Source: Octopus bimaculoides (Eukaryota). From it: 36,701 bases of DNA. The DNA lies in contig NC_068981.1 in the NCBI RefSeq assembly GCF_001194135.2, forward strand, positions 10,043,133-10,079,833, in the 5' to 3' direction. Each line of letters starts with the position of its first letter. The first letter of the stretch is position 1. A program made the translations under genes and the position numbers. Shown piece by piece: positions 12,663 through 24,509 of this stretch. The notes below the pieces were generated by a model. The model had not been told where the DNA came from. It worked only from the letters and a program-made list of their open reading frames with translations, and did not search any database.

Positions 12663-13063
12663 GGGTTCCATATATAATTATAATACTAACTAGTTATTTT
12701 AATAAAGCTGGTAATTTTCTAGTATCAAATTTAGAGATGAATTTCATTTAAATTCACTGAATATTCTACTACGGTAAGCATGCGTATATTCACGGCGAGA
12801 GCTAATGTAATGCTTTATCTATATGTATGCATGTGTGTTTGTGAATGCGCGTGTGTATGATAATATTTATGTATGTATAATATTGTGTAAGATAAAGTAC
12901 CTATAATTAACCTTATCTCTGACGTGGCCTATATAGCATGTTCAATTTATTTTCTCAATGTTTTAATATCCGATTTTGTAATATTTCTTTATTGATAGAA
13001 AATAATTCAGATATTTTACGTAGCCGTGGGACACAATTTCATTGCTAACAAGCTCTCTGCTGA

Positions 13064-13130
<67 letters not shown>
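13064..13130. repeat. (TACA)n(TA)n microsatellite
   Basis: Directly visible. Confidence 0.95.
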
Positions 13131-13133
<3 letters not shown>

Positions 13134-13607
13134 GAAAGTACGTATATGCATAATAATATTTTCAAAGATATCAACAAGAAAATATGTTTCAAAATATTTG
13201 GCAGCATATTTGTCGATTTATTAGATGCCGTGTCTATCCTTATCCATGGCAATATAAACATCTAAGAATTAGGATCAATTAATCCGCTCATATGCTCTTG
13301 TATTTAAACCGTTTCATTAGCTGATTATTGACATTTACATCAAATCGGTGGGAAGTATCCAAGTGTTTTCCGTTTTTGAATTATTAGAATATTTTTCTGA
13401 TATGAGACTAATTCTGAGACATATCATAACAAATCGAAAACATATAGGTGATAACAGTATGAACATCTTGTGTATTGATGCATGTGTGGGTCTATACATA
13501 GACCTTCTTTGCAAAACAATTTTCAGTGAAAAGCATCATGGTAAACAACATGCTTAGTTTATCAGACTCGAATATCGATATATTTTGCTAGTTGCCAAGA
13601 CATGAAT

Positions 13608-13816
13608 TCTTTTATTCTTTTACTTGTTTCAGTCATTTAACTGCGGCCATGCTGGAACACCGCCTTATTCTTTGTAAGCCTAGTACTTATTCTATCGGTC
13701 TTTTTAACCGAACCACTAAGTTACAGGGATGTAAACACATCAACATCGGTTGTCAAGCGATGGTGGGGGACAAACACAGACACAAGCATACACACACACA
13801 CACACACACACACATA

Positions 13817-13855
<39 letters not shown>

Positions 13856-14234
13856 NNNNNNNNNNNNNNNNNNNNNNNNNNNNNNNNNNNNNNNNNNNNN
13901 NNNNNNNNNNNNNNNNNNNNNNNNNNNNNNNNNNNNNNNNNNNNNNNNNNNNNNNNNNNNNNNNNNNNNNNNNNNNNNNNNNNNNNNNNNNNNNNNNNNN
14001 NNNNNNNNNNNNNNNNNNNNNNNNNNNNNNNNNNNNNNNNNNNNNNNNNNNNNNNNNNNNNNNNNNNNNNCTTGTACGACGAGCTTCTTTTAGTTTCTGT
14101 CTACGAAATCCACTCACAAAGCTTCGGTCGGCTCCAGGCTATAGCAGAAGACACTTACCCAAGGTTCCACGCAGTGTGACTGAACCCGGAACAATGTGGT
14201 TGGGAAGCAAACTTCTTACCACACAGCCACGCCT
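13608..14234 (-). mobile_element. Full-length family 1 SINE with gap 13856-14070 in its internal microsatellite
   Basis: The reverse complement aligns with 3152-3561 at both ends. Confidence 0.9.
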
Positions 14235-14700
14235 ATTCAACAAAAACAGAAGAACCGCGCTCAATCGAAGTGGGAATCTTCTGTTTGTAATATCTCTAAT
14301 GCTTGGCGTCGTTTACTACGGACATTGTAAGAGTTGATAACCTTCTCTTGAAACGAAATGACCAATCTGTAAAACAGTAACACAACGGTAAGAATGCTTA
14401 CTTAGCGAAAAATTTACTAATATGCATATTTATATGTGTGTGCGGGGTTTGTATATATGGGGATATGTGTATATGTATATAATGTTCAACACAGCGTGAT
14501 GTGAATCAGAACTGAAATAAATTTATAGAGTGCAAAGTTTTAATATTGTGAAAAAAAATGGATATAAAACATATTCCTTCTCTACTTTAGTTGTGCAAAA
14601 CAAATGGTGGAGTCTCTTGACGAACCGCTTCACGATTTATTTATCACTCCTCAGAGATGGCGCACCCGATTTCTTTCCCAGAAGTATTTATAAAACAGTC

Positions 14701-14736
<36 letters not shown>

Positions 14737-14778
14737 TTTCGCATGTAACAATACATTTCTTCTTCTTCNNNNNNNNNN

Positions 14779-14830
<52 letters not shown>

Positions 14831-15384
14831 TAGAAATTTCATTAATATAATTCAGTATTTTATCTCGAATCATCCTTTTTTCCTGTAAATCTACTCTTAT
14901 ATCTGTCTATTTTGTGTTTCTAATCTAAAATTGTTTCATACAATAATTAGGTGAACGTCTGAGTAATAAATTATCGTTTCTTTCATTAATTAATGTTTCC
15001 TTTTATCTTAGCAATCAATATCTTCAGACATAAGAAATCTAATGTTCACCTCTTTAAAAGATCGACGAGTCAATCGTTCGTTCAATGGCAAACATCTTCA
15101 TTTAACGCTCACAGATTATGCTAAATACGTTTAGCCTTATAGCACTTTCTTATGTTTAATTTAGTTTTTTTTTAACTACATCAAGGATGTTGATGTAGTA
15201 ACTGAAGGTGTCTTAACTACGGCCACTTCACAGACCAGCAATGGATGTCTTTGTATTCGCCCAATCTTCTGGAAAGACTGGCTAAGTCTCCCCCACAAAC
15301 ACACACACATTTCGTATCGACTACAACTTTACAGAAAACATATATGACCATGTGGCAAACATTACTATTATAATTATTATTTTT

Positions 15385-15500
15385 ATTTAGCCCCAGGTCA
15401 TCCTCGGTTGAGTAGGCCACATTATCGTCAAATATTTCAGCCATGACAATCCTATACTTTTGGGTGTATGTTGAATGCTACTTTATCCAATACAACTTCT
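15385..15500 (-). mobile_element. Family 4 SINE-like 3' fragment
   Basis: tagccccaggtcatcctcggttgagtaggcc is the reverse complement of the family 4 3' end and is preceded by an (ATT)-like tract. Confidence 0.45.
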
Positions 15501-15804
15501 TTTTCCCGAGAAAATATGATGTAACTTGGAAAAGTTATTTTTAGTAAGTCGATTGCCCACTTACGAGTTCCCTCGTTGTTTCGTTGTTATTATTATTATT
15601 CAACATTTTGTAGTTTCATCAGATTTCTACTACATCACCTACCACACCTGCTGGGGTGTGTGCAGCATTGTTTGTTCTTTGTTTGTAGTTAGGGGAGGGC
15701 AAACTCTTCCCAGTATTGTATTGCATCAGTTTGTGTGTTATGGGGTCTGGTTTCAGTCTTTTGTTGTATTCGTGTTTGTATTGTGTGTTGTGATATTATT
15801 ATTG

Positions 15805-16350
15805 AGTTTGAGTGAGAGAGCAGTGCATGCCGTCAAAGTGGCACTGGGGTAAAATATACGAAGCCAAGTATACCCATTATGACTACCCGTCTGATAAGGG
15901 TACACCAGGCACATAAATCACAACCTTAGGTGCATGACATGGTGATCTCATATCACGATAAAGAGCGCATGACCTTGCAAGTGGGACCCAGTTAGAATTT
16001 TCTTCAGGTTGAGTAGCCCATCCTGCTCAAAAGGTCCCTGAATAAGGGTTGTTTAAGGATGTTGAGCAAAACACCCATGTTTCCCGAGGTGAATTATTCA
16101 AACCCTAAAGAATTCCTCTCAAAACATGACTATGATTTTCGCCCACTACTTCTGCTCATGATCAGAGATGCACATATTGTCAGCCACCAAGGGATATGCT
16201 CAACTGGTTAAGGTCAAACAACTGACAAGCAAATCTGTGGTATTAAGCAGAATATTTGCTGTAGCCCATCTTTTACCCATCTTTTATACCAAGACAAAAC
16301 AATGCACATGATAACACTTCCAATCAATTAAGATCAGAAGCCATGAGAGC
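15805..16350. mobile_element. About 540-bp interspersed repeat of unknown class, bounded by ATT-type microsatellite remnants
   Basis: It runs from attattattg-agtttgagtgagagagcagtgcatgcc to gagagccattgcatcacagc-attatcattt. I recall it as a high-copy octopus repeat. No ORF, TIR or tRNA head seen. Confidence 0.55.
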
Positions 16351-16875
16351 CATTGCATCACAGCATTATCATTTTTTTCGTTTACTTTTCATCTGTATGT
16401 TTGTTACAATCCCTTACCGAGACACACCCAGCGTCCTGGGGCGAATGAAGGATAAGAGATGTTACAGTATGACTGAAAGCTTGGGAAGGGGGAGTGGCAG
16501 GGACAGTAGCGAAATATCTTCATGTAACACAACACGGATATTTAAATGGATAGGGATTTTTCTAAAGATGCGGGCAGTACTTCCAATCCTTTGGATTTCT
16601 CTGAGACATGGTTCTCCTGGGATCTTATCAAGATGTTTCTGACATCCCTTCCTTGTCATATCTACGGCACCCACAATAACAGGTACAGTTCTCGCTTTAA
16701 GATGCTAAGTCTTTTGTATTTCAATTTCCAGTTCCTTCTATTTACTTTATTTGTCAAATTCCTTTACAGATATATTTTTAACGGTGGAAACTCATCTATT
16801 AGACTACAAGTATTTTCTTCGCTGTCTTTGATAATAATAATAATAATAACAATTATTATTATTATCATCATTATT

Positions 16876-17249
16876 CTGAAAGACTCACAGATAGTTCTTA
16901 ATTACCTGCCATTCTTTACTTGAAAGCAGGCAACAACAAATTACCAAAGGTTTCAAGTAGTGCCTTCTCCTGTGACTCAAAGAGACAATACTCTCCTTAG
17001 AATGCGAGCTGTACCCAACAATGCTGTCTTCTGGATCACTTCGAGCCTGACAGCAGCTCCAGTATTCTTAATATGTTTTTCAAAGCCCTTGGAAACTGCC
17101 CCTAATGCTCCAATTACCACCGGTATCACCATTACTTTCCCCATGCCCCATAACTTTCCTATCTCGTCCCGCAGTAGCTGGTATTTCTCATTTTTTTCTG
17201 TTTCCTTAAATTTCACCCTCGAATGGCCTTTACTTTTAATCTGAATGTT

Positions 17250-17250
<1 letters not shown>
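16876..17250 (-). mobile_element. R4/Dong-type non-LTR retrotransposon, 3' end only (C-terminus of the restriction-like endonuclease plus 3' UTR)
   Basis: ORF 16977-17216 (EKNEKYQLLRDEIGKLW..VIPVVIGALG..IQKTALLGTARILRRVL) is the typical RLE C-terminus. It ends in an (AAT)n-type tract at 16831-16875. Confidence 0.85.
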
Positions 17251-17299
<49 letters not shown>

Positions 17300-17317
17300 A
17301 TAGTAGTAGTAGTAGTA
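17251..17317. repeat. (ACT)n followed by inverted (AGT)n
   Basis: Directly visible between the two LINE copies. Confidence 0.95.
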
Positions 17318-17319
17318 CA

Positions 17320-18540
17320 TACTAATTTAGTTAGCAGATATTTTATCTTGATGTTTGTTTCTTGAAATCTCAAGAATATTGCTTATGATTCTTGCAGAAT
17401 ATAGGATGGTACTTTTCTACAGGTTGACAATACGAATTTCAGTTCCAAGTCTTTTAGGTAGCATCTTTGGTGTTGTAGCATGTGCACCAATTACTAGAGG
17501 AGTATTTTTTATTTTTGTCTTCCTCAATCTCCTCATCTCTCTGGCTAGATTCTGATATTTCTCAATTTGTTCAATTTCTTTTGATATCGACTCTGCTATC
17601 ATAAGGAATTGCAAAATCTATGACCTTAGAGTATGTTTGTCTTTTCCTCTACCATTATATCTGGTCTTCTTGTCTCAATAGTATGCTCAATCTTCATGTG
17701 GAAATCCCACCAGATCTTGTAATTCGCATTTTCTATCACAGTCTCTGATTCGTGTTCATACCACGTTTCTGTTGTTTTGAAGCCTCACACTCGGTTAACA
17801 TCCTAATGCTTTCTTTTGCCTATACAGTCAGGTCTGCGCTTATACTCTTTTTGTGCTAGCATACTGCACTCACTCAAAAGGTGGTTCATGCTTTCGTTTC
17901 CTTTCCTACAGATTCTAGATTTACTGTCTCAATGAGCTTTCTCGATCTTTTCTTTTATCATATGTGTTCTAACGGATTGTTCCTGAGCGGCTATAATTAG
18001 CGTTTCTACTTCCCGTTTCAAGTTCCCATCCGTCAACCGTCAGCCAGAGCCAGCGATCTTTACTTACACCATTCTCGGTTTGTTGCACGAACTGGCCATA
18101 TAGTCCCATTCCTTTCTATTTGTTTGTTCTGTTGATCTTTCTTTTCTCTTTGAATTCTCTTACTATTTCCGTTACCTTTTCGGTATCTCTGGCTGCAAGA
18201 CATAATTTTTCAGTCCCAATATCGTAATATTAACAGTGCCTTCAGTGTTTAGTAATCCTTTTCCACCTTCCTTTCTTGGTAAGTAGTGTTGGTCGGCATT
18301 GCTTTTTAGGAGGAGTACGTTGTGCATTGTGAGAAGCTTTCTAATTCTTCTATCTAAGTACTGTAGCTCGACCTTTGTCCATTTCAGGAAGCAGAATATC
18401 TCAGTTCGAGCATAGCCCATGTATTTAGGGCTTGAATGATGTCCTTTCTATTTAATTTTGTTTCGAGTACCTTCTTAATTCTCCTCTTGTACTCTTTAAT
18501 GACTTTCTCATTTCTCTTTCCACTATTCTATAGTCTAGCA
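17320..18540 (-). mobile_element. R4/Dong-type non-LTR retrotransposon, 5'-truncated and degenerate (post-RT region, CCHC knuckle, PD-(D/E)xK RLE)
   Basis: Minus-strand translation gives KEYKRRIKKVLETKLN..NTWA, WTKVELQYLDRRIRKLLTMH..YLPRKEGGKGL, AAQEQ, SRIC..ESMNHLLSEC (CCHC, first Cys lost), WDF..ETRRPDIMV..IDFAIPYD and EKYQNLAREM. Several stops and frameshifts. Confidence 0.9.
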
Positions 18541-18549
18541 GCACACCAT

Positions 18550-18618
18550 TGTTGCTGTTGCTGCTGCTGCTGCTGCTGCTGTTGTTGTTGTTGTTGCTGA
18601 TAATGATGATAATGATGA
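18550..18618. repeat. (GCT)n(GTT)n(GAT)n compound trinucleotide repeat at the LINE 5' junction
   Basis: Directly visible. Confidence 0.9.
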
Positions 18619-20129
18619 CCCCTTTGCGGCTGCTATTATTTCAAAGCTAGAATACAGTAGTTGTTAATTTAAAATTGTCGACTACAAACTAGCAGTTAAC
18701 ATCAGCAGCTCATCCGAACTGCAGCAATCAAACAAATTTGTAATTCGTCCGTTAATGGTTTGAACAACAAGCTACGATTTACCGTTTGTAATTAAACTCT
18801 AATAACGTTCATCAATTATGAGAGCTGAAACTTCAAAACAGGTCTATTTCATCCCAATAATCTAATTTAGAACATTACCTGTACTGAGTGAGCAAATTTA
18901 TCGATCTAGTGAGTCAAACCTTATGCATCATCAAATTTTGTACAATAAATCCCTAAAGTATAATACATTCCCGTCTACTAAACATTCTTAAAATGAGAAA
19001 CGGCTTCAAATTGTTCCCATATTCACAGTACGTTGAACATGTGCAATATTTCCTTTTCAAAATTTCGGATTGCAAATAAAAACCATCATACTAAAATGAT
19101 CGAAGACTCGTCTCCTGACGCCGCCGTGCCATATCTATTTCAATTAAAATTTATTTCATGAATGCTCCTATCAGTGAACAGATATTTTACACGCCAGCAA
19201 AGTCTTCTTTGATCCACAACTACCATGATAATTAACACTACAAATTCTGTACATGATACAAAGATAAACTCAATATATTACATCGTCTCATTTAAAGGCT
19301 GAGAATTTTGTCTAGATCAAACATCAGCATACTATTATCTTAAACGTTTCTCTATGATATTTTATATAGGAGACACTTTGTTCACATTGTTGTAATGGTG
19401 CAGCAACAGCCAAATTTCAGCTCTTCGACAAGAGACGTTAACAACAATATGATATATAATATTAAGTCAGATTTAGTAAACTATGAACATGCAGCGTACA
19501 TTGCAGCTCATATTGTTCAAACTTTAGTTTTGTTATTCGATGTTATAATTTTTATTTAGACTTTTTCACATTCAAACCTGAAATACTTGCTGATGATACG
19601 GAAGGTTTTCCGACATTCTAATGGATTCTGAAGAATTTGCAAAATCTCTGAGTAGCTCCCGCAGTCTCTGCGTGGGATAAAACATCTCCGATGTTATTTT
19701 ACTTATGTTCTATACTATAATTATCATAGCATTATCTTTTTAGTTCATGGCGGCGAATGAGCAAAATCGTTACAGTAACTTGCAAAATACCTTGTTGTAT
19801 TTAGTTTCGGTACAAGAAAAATATAGCTGTTTCCATCTTATGAAGTGAAACTTCCTTGGTAAAACCAATGTAGCTGTACACCTTCTAATCTTGACAAGAG
19901 AATCTTCTGCAGATCCTCACACTAGCTCAGATAACACCATCGTTTCTGACAAAACCTACAACGAAGTCATGTCGCTCGATTTGCTACAAATAGCAGTAAA
20001 ATCCTCTCTAACCACAATGCATTCTAAAATATAGTCCTACATATACGGGATGATCGAGTATGGAATGTCTGCGTGATCAGAGCTTACAGAGGCAAAACTT
20101 CAATAAAACACCGATATTTTTGCATGATG

Positions 20130-20320
20130 CCATCCCACCAAGTAGGCGATAAGGCCAACATTTCTCCTGAACAGAACGCCAGTTCATCACAGGGCTGCTC
20201 GTTTACAGCTGAGTGGACTGGAGTAATATGAAATGAAGTGTCTTGCTCAAGACAACTCGCAGCCAGTTTGGGAATCGAAACCACGATCTCACGATCGTGA
20301 GTGTTAACCACTCGGCCACA
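20130..20320 (-). mobile_element. tRNA-derived SINE (family 3)
   Basis: The minus strand reads tggccgagtggttaacac (A box), ggtttcgattccc (B box), then ttgagcaagacacttcatttc..ccagtccactcagctg. Confidence 0.8.
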
Positions 20321-20669
20321 CACTTTTACATATAGTATATAAGATTGCAAATATTACATTTCAAACGCCCGTTCTCCCCCGCCTGTTAGTGACAGAAAAA
20401 CATCAGTTGCAGTTATCAAGTAATACTGAAATTTCATAAAATATAGCTGTGGCCCGCATTACAATGGAATCTCGCATACTGGACAGTACTGCTGCTACAC
20501 ACACAAATAATTATTTCAGTTGGCAGCCAAAGATTTGGATATGTAGAGTTTACTTATTAGCAAGCTCCAAGTGAGCTTTTTCTCGTTACTTCAATTGTTC
20601 TTATTCTCTTGAACTAACTAGATTTGTACCATTCTATGAACCTGTCACTCTCATTCCATTAGATGTCAC

Positions 20670-20860
20670 TAAAGGAACGTCTACGTGACAACTAGACCTG
20701 CTAAATGTATCACTCAAATGTTCCTCAAATCACACTATGCTACGTTAAAAAATGAAGTTGCTTAGTCTAAGAAATATGACAGGATTCTTATATCTAGAAA
20801 GTCTTTAATGAAAAGCCTTCTTGTTCAAGTGGACCAGAGGAAAAAGAACAACGACAACCT
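20670..20860 (+). mobile_element. Family 4 SINE-like 3' part
   Basis: gacctgctaaatgtatcactcaaatgttcctcaaatcacac...gaacaacgacaac; similar to 9150-9310. Confidence 0.45.
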
Positions 20861-22203
20861 TAAAGGATAGTATCTATGAGTTTCTTAACCATTTAGTGAA
20901 CTCTACTCCAGATAACTTCTTTTCTAAATAGTAGGCAACTCTCTGGAAACTTAACTTGGCAACTTGTGTTGACTATACCAATAGCAATGACGTAAATAGC
21001 ATACAAAAAACTTGAAAAGGTTACATTTTCCTTTCTTTGAACCATGTTGAACTATATTATTTTAAAAGAAAACTATAGTTCTGACATCTTCAGCGTTTCA
21101 ACTCGTTTCAGTTTATCCCACGTCTACCTTAATAATATAAAGTACATCGTATACTTGTGGAACAATTCATAAAAAGCGCTGAAAACACTAAAACGTAAAT
21201 ACATTTTGTTATTTACAAAATGTATCGTTTATTTTAGATTTTCACCTGCCTTTTAATGTAAACACTCGTTTTTTCAAGACGAATTTTTCTGGCACGAAGC
21301 AATTACGAAAAACAAGATCTTAGGAGTAGGTTATCTCAATTTATCTAAATATTAGATTTTTGTATTTTTTTCTCCCACACATTTAATGTTACTAATTTCA
21401 TAGCTTACTTAAAGAATTGCATTGATTTATAGATTGGCACAAGATCATATTTTGGAGAAGGGAATAGCCAATTAAATACACAGATTATTATATTTGTTTA
21501 TGTAATTATAGATATGACTTAGCTCGAGCACATTGCAGAAACTCATAGCACTACCGAGTAATGCTGTTTTCAGGTTTTCTGGATGTGCTCTTATTTCATT
21601 TTTATTCCTATCTTTTCCAATCCCTTTTCAGTCCCATTGCTTAATTTCTCTAGGGGCCGACAAATTATTGGCTAGTAATCACATGGGAGGAAGGCAACTC
21701 CAGTATTCAACTGGCACTTATTTTAGCTAAAATAGAGTCTGAAATACTCTCAAGATGCCTACACGCATATAAATATACTTTCGCACAATGCAGTGAGAAT
21801 GAATTTAAGTAAATGCTAACATAATTTACTTAAGGTATGGCTGAATCAATTTTAGTTTTAACCTCCCTATTCTTATAAACAACAAGTAACTATTTAACTT
21901 GCTCTTTGATCGTGAGTGCACCAAACCACACGTTTGCGTATGCTTACATTTTCGCTGATGCTTGCATGAGGGAATGTACACGCTCCTTGCAGCTTGCACG
22001 AGGGAGTTTATACATCCATATTTGTTAACGGCTATTTTTAATACTTTTCTCGTTGTATTGCGTGTTCGTTTATTTTCTGCATTTGTGATTTTATTTTTGA
22101 TCTTCTATGTAAATGAAGATATATCCTTCGTTTTGCTGCTTTTCTTTCTACGAACTGAGAAGATACACTGCGGAACTGTTATTTGAACGAGTTGTATCTA
22201 TTT

Positions 22204-22290
22204 ATCACTCGATGAGACACATCTACACCGCCGAATGCTCCTGGACCAGTTGTTTGAGTGTCCCATCCGTGTCGAAACAATTGTCATGAT
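22204..22290 (+). ncRNA. Degenerate type I hammerhead motif with long stem II
   Basis: ATCAC-TCGATGA-GACAC(48 nt)GTGTC-GAAA-CAATTGT-C-ATGAT. Stem II is a perfect 5 bp, stem III is the palindrome ACAATTGT, and the site is GUC. The core reads UCGAUGA rather than CUGAUGA. Confidence 0.55.
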
Positions 22291-22402
22291 TAACAATAAT
22301 TCTCATATATTCCATCTTCCGTCTTTCATTTACCATATACATAGCGATCACTGTGAAAGTGACCGTACTTTACCAATAAGCTACCAGGTGTTAACTATCG
22401 GC

Positions 22403-22404
<2 letters not shown>

Positions 22405-22476
<72 letters not shown>

Positions 22477-22555
22477 ACGCGACTAGCACCGGACACGATG
22501 ACAGAATGCATCACTGACCCTGTTAAATAATATATATATATATATATATATATAT
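22405..22555. repeat. (TA)n(TG)n and (TA)n microsatellites
   Basis: Directly visible. Confidence 0.9.
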
Positions 22556-22961
22556 GAATGATAATCATGATAATATACCATCGTTTATCTTTCAAAGCTA
22601 ATAATGTTTAATGGTTTGAATATCAGGATTTCTTGTCAACTGCAATGGTTTCAGTGATGATGTGATATTTTATCGTTGTTCCCCTATTAACTTCGAATTT
22701 TGTCTTGTTATCGACGATGCTACATAGTCATAATCTTTATTGATAGCGATCCACTCTTATATTCCTCCTATTTTCAAGCTGTCTATGAATTCTCAATCTT
22801 TATTTCCAATACAGTTTTCCAACTCACGTAATTGTTCTCACAAGGATTCTGTGACCGTCCTGTGTCACAATTTCGTCAGTCTTTAAGGAGCAAACGGTTC
22901 TATGAAGTTGTGTGAGGGATTCATAGCTGTATACTCGTACCTGAAGTAACCTGGCCACAGT

Positions 22962-23110
22962 CGATTAAATCAATTTTTCTAATTGATTGGTATTTTATTT
23001 TGTGGAGCCCAGAATCACGAAAGGCAAAGGCGGTCTGACTGAGATTTGAACTCGGAGCATAAAAAGCTGGAACATACTTTTGCAAAGCATTTCGTTCGAC
23101 TTTTTACTAA
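22962..23110 (-). mobile_element. Degenerate family 2 SINE
   Basis: Plus-strand gaaaggcaaaggcggtctgactgagatttgaactcggag..gcaaagcatttcgttcgac parallels 12560-12650. Confidence 0.55.
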
Positions 23111-23121
23111 TTCTGTAAATA

Positions 23122-23178
<57 letters not shown>

Positions 23179-23737
23179 CCATTTGGTTTTTGCGCTATTT
23201 AATATCCTGTTTTTCAATGCGTTCCTTTCATATACAAACATCCAATTATCTTAAATGAACAGTATTTGTAGGAAAACTGTTACAGGAAGACTATTGCAGA
23301 AACCTATGAATGGACGAAAAATCTGCAGGGGATTCCAGCGGATATCTTTTGAAATTGTATCGTTTATATCTTATGAAATATTGTTGCTTTCAAATTTTTT
23401 ATATTTCTTTTGTTTTTTAAATCGTTGTAATACAAACAAATAGGATGTATACAATACAATGGAAATAACTATCGGCTCCCGACATACAATATTTACTGGA
23501 CGTGCTCGTTAAATTCTTTGCAGTAATTTCTATAATTATATGCATAACGCTATGGTTATTTTGGATATTTATGTGTTCTTTGATATGAAGAATATTTCAC
23601 TTTGAACTGGGAGATTATTGAGAAGCGGGTAGTTATGATATGATCTCGATGATGAAATCATCTTTTGCTTTTCAAGGTTTGCTCCATGTGATATAGGTTA
23701 TATAATACAAAGCGCCAACTAATCTGCAATATATCAA

Positions 23738-23787
<50 letters not shown>

Positions 23788-24509
23788 NNNNNNNNNNNNN
23801 NNNNNNNNNNNNNNNNNNNNNNNNNNNNNNNNNNNNNNNNNNNNNNNNNNNNNNNNNNNNNNNNNNNNNNNNNNNNNNNNNNNNNNNNNNNNNNNNNNNN
23901 NNNNNNNNNNNNNNNNNNNNNNNNNNNNNNNNNNNNNNNNNNNNNNNNNNNNNNNNNNNNNNNNNNNNNNNNNNNNNNNNNNNNNNNNNNNNNNNNNNNN
24001 NNNNNNNNNNNNNNNNNNNNNNNNNNNNNNNNNNNNNNNNNNNNNNNNNNNNNNNNNNNNNNNNNNNNNNNNNNNNNNNNNNNNNNNNNNNNNNNNNNNN
24101 NNNNNNNNNNNNNNNNNNNNNNNNNNNNNNNNNNNNNNNNNNNNNNNNNNNNNNNNNNNNNNNNNNNNNNNNNNNNNNNNNNNNNNNNNNNNNNNNNNNN
24201 NNNNNNNNNNNNNNNNNNNNNNNNNNNTATATATATATATATATATATATAATGGCGCCAACTATTTGGTGTGTTATCATGAAACGAGATTATGAGAATT
24301 GATCCGCATAAAGAATGTAACTACGAAGAACTTATTGCTTGCGAAATTATTCCAATTTATCGATTTTAGAATTATGAATTCAATAGCACGACTAACTTTT
24401 AAAACATCACATAATACCTTACAATACTAAATGGTTAATATGTTTACTAAATTGATCAGGAACACCATTTATTTCTGTCATAAATGAAGAATAAAATTAG
24501 TAGTTATTA

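Noticed and set aside
14250-14395. Protein-like stretch NRSGNLLFVISLMLGVVYYGHCKS and a nearby GTAAGA donor; also aagag/ctctt-GAAAC as an HHR
   Set aside because: No acceptor or start, no homology recognised, and the HHR candidate lacks CUGANGA.
16960-17555. Plus-strand ORFs 16960-17244 and 17355-17555
   Set aside because: Antisense shadows of the R4/Dong endonuclease frames.
19590-19640. CTGATGA-ta-cggaa(ggtt)ttccg as a hammerhead
   Set aside because: The GAAA half of the core and stems I and III are missing.
21085-21200. ctgaaga/gaaacg-like words as a hammerhead
   Set aside because: Wrong order and spacing, and no stem II.
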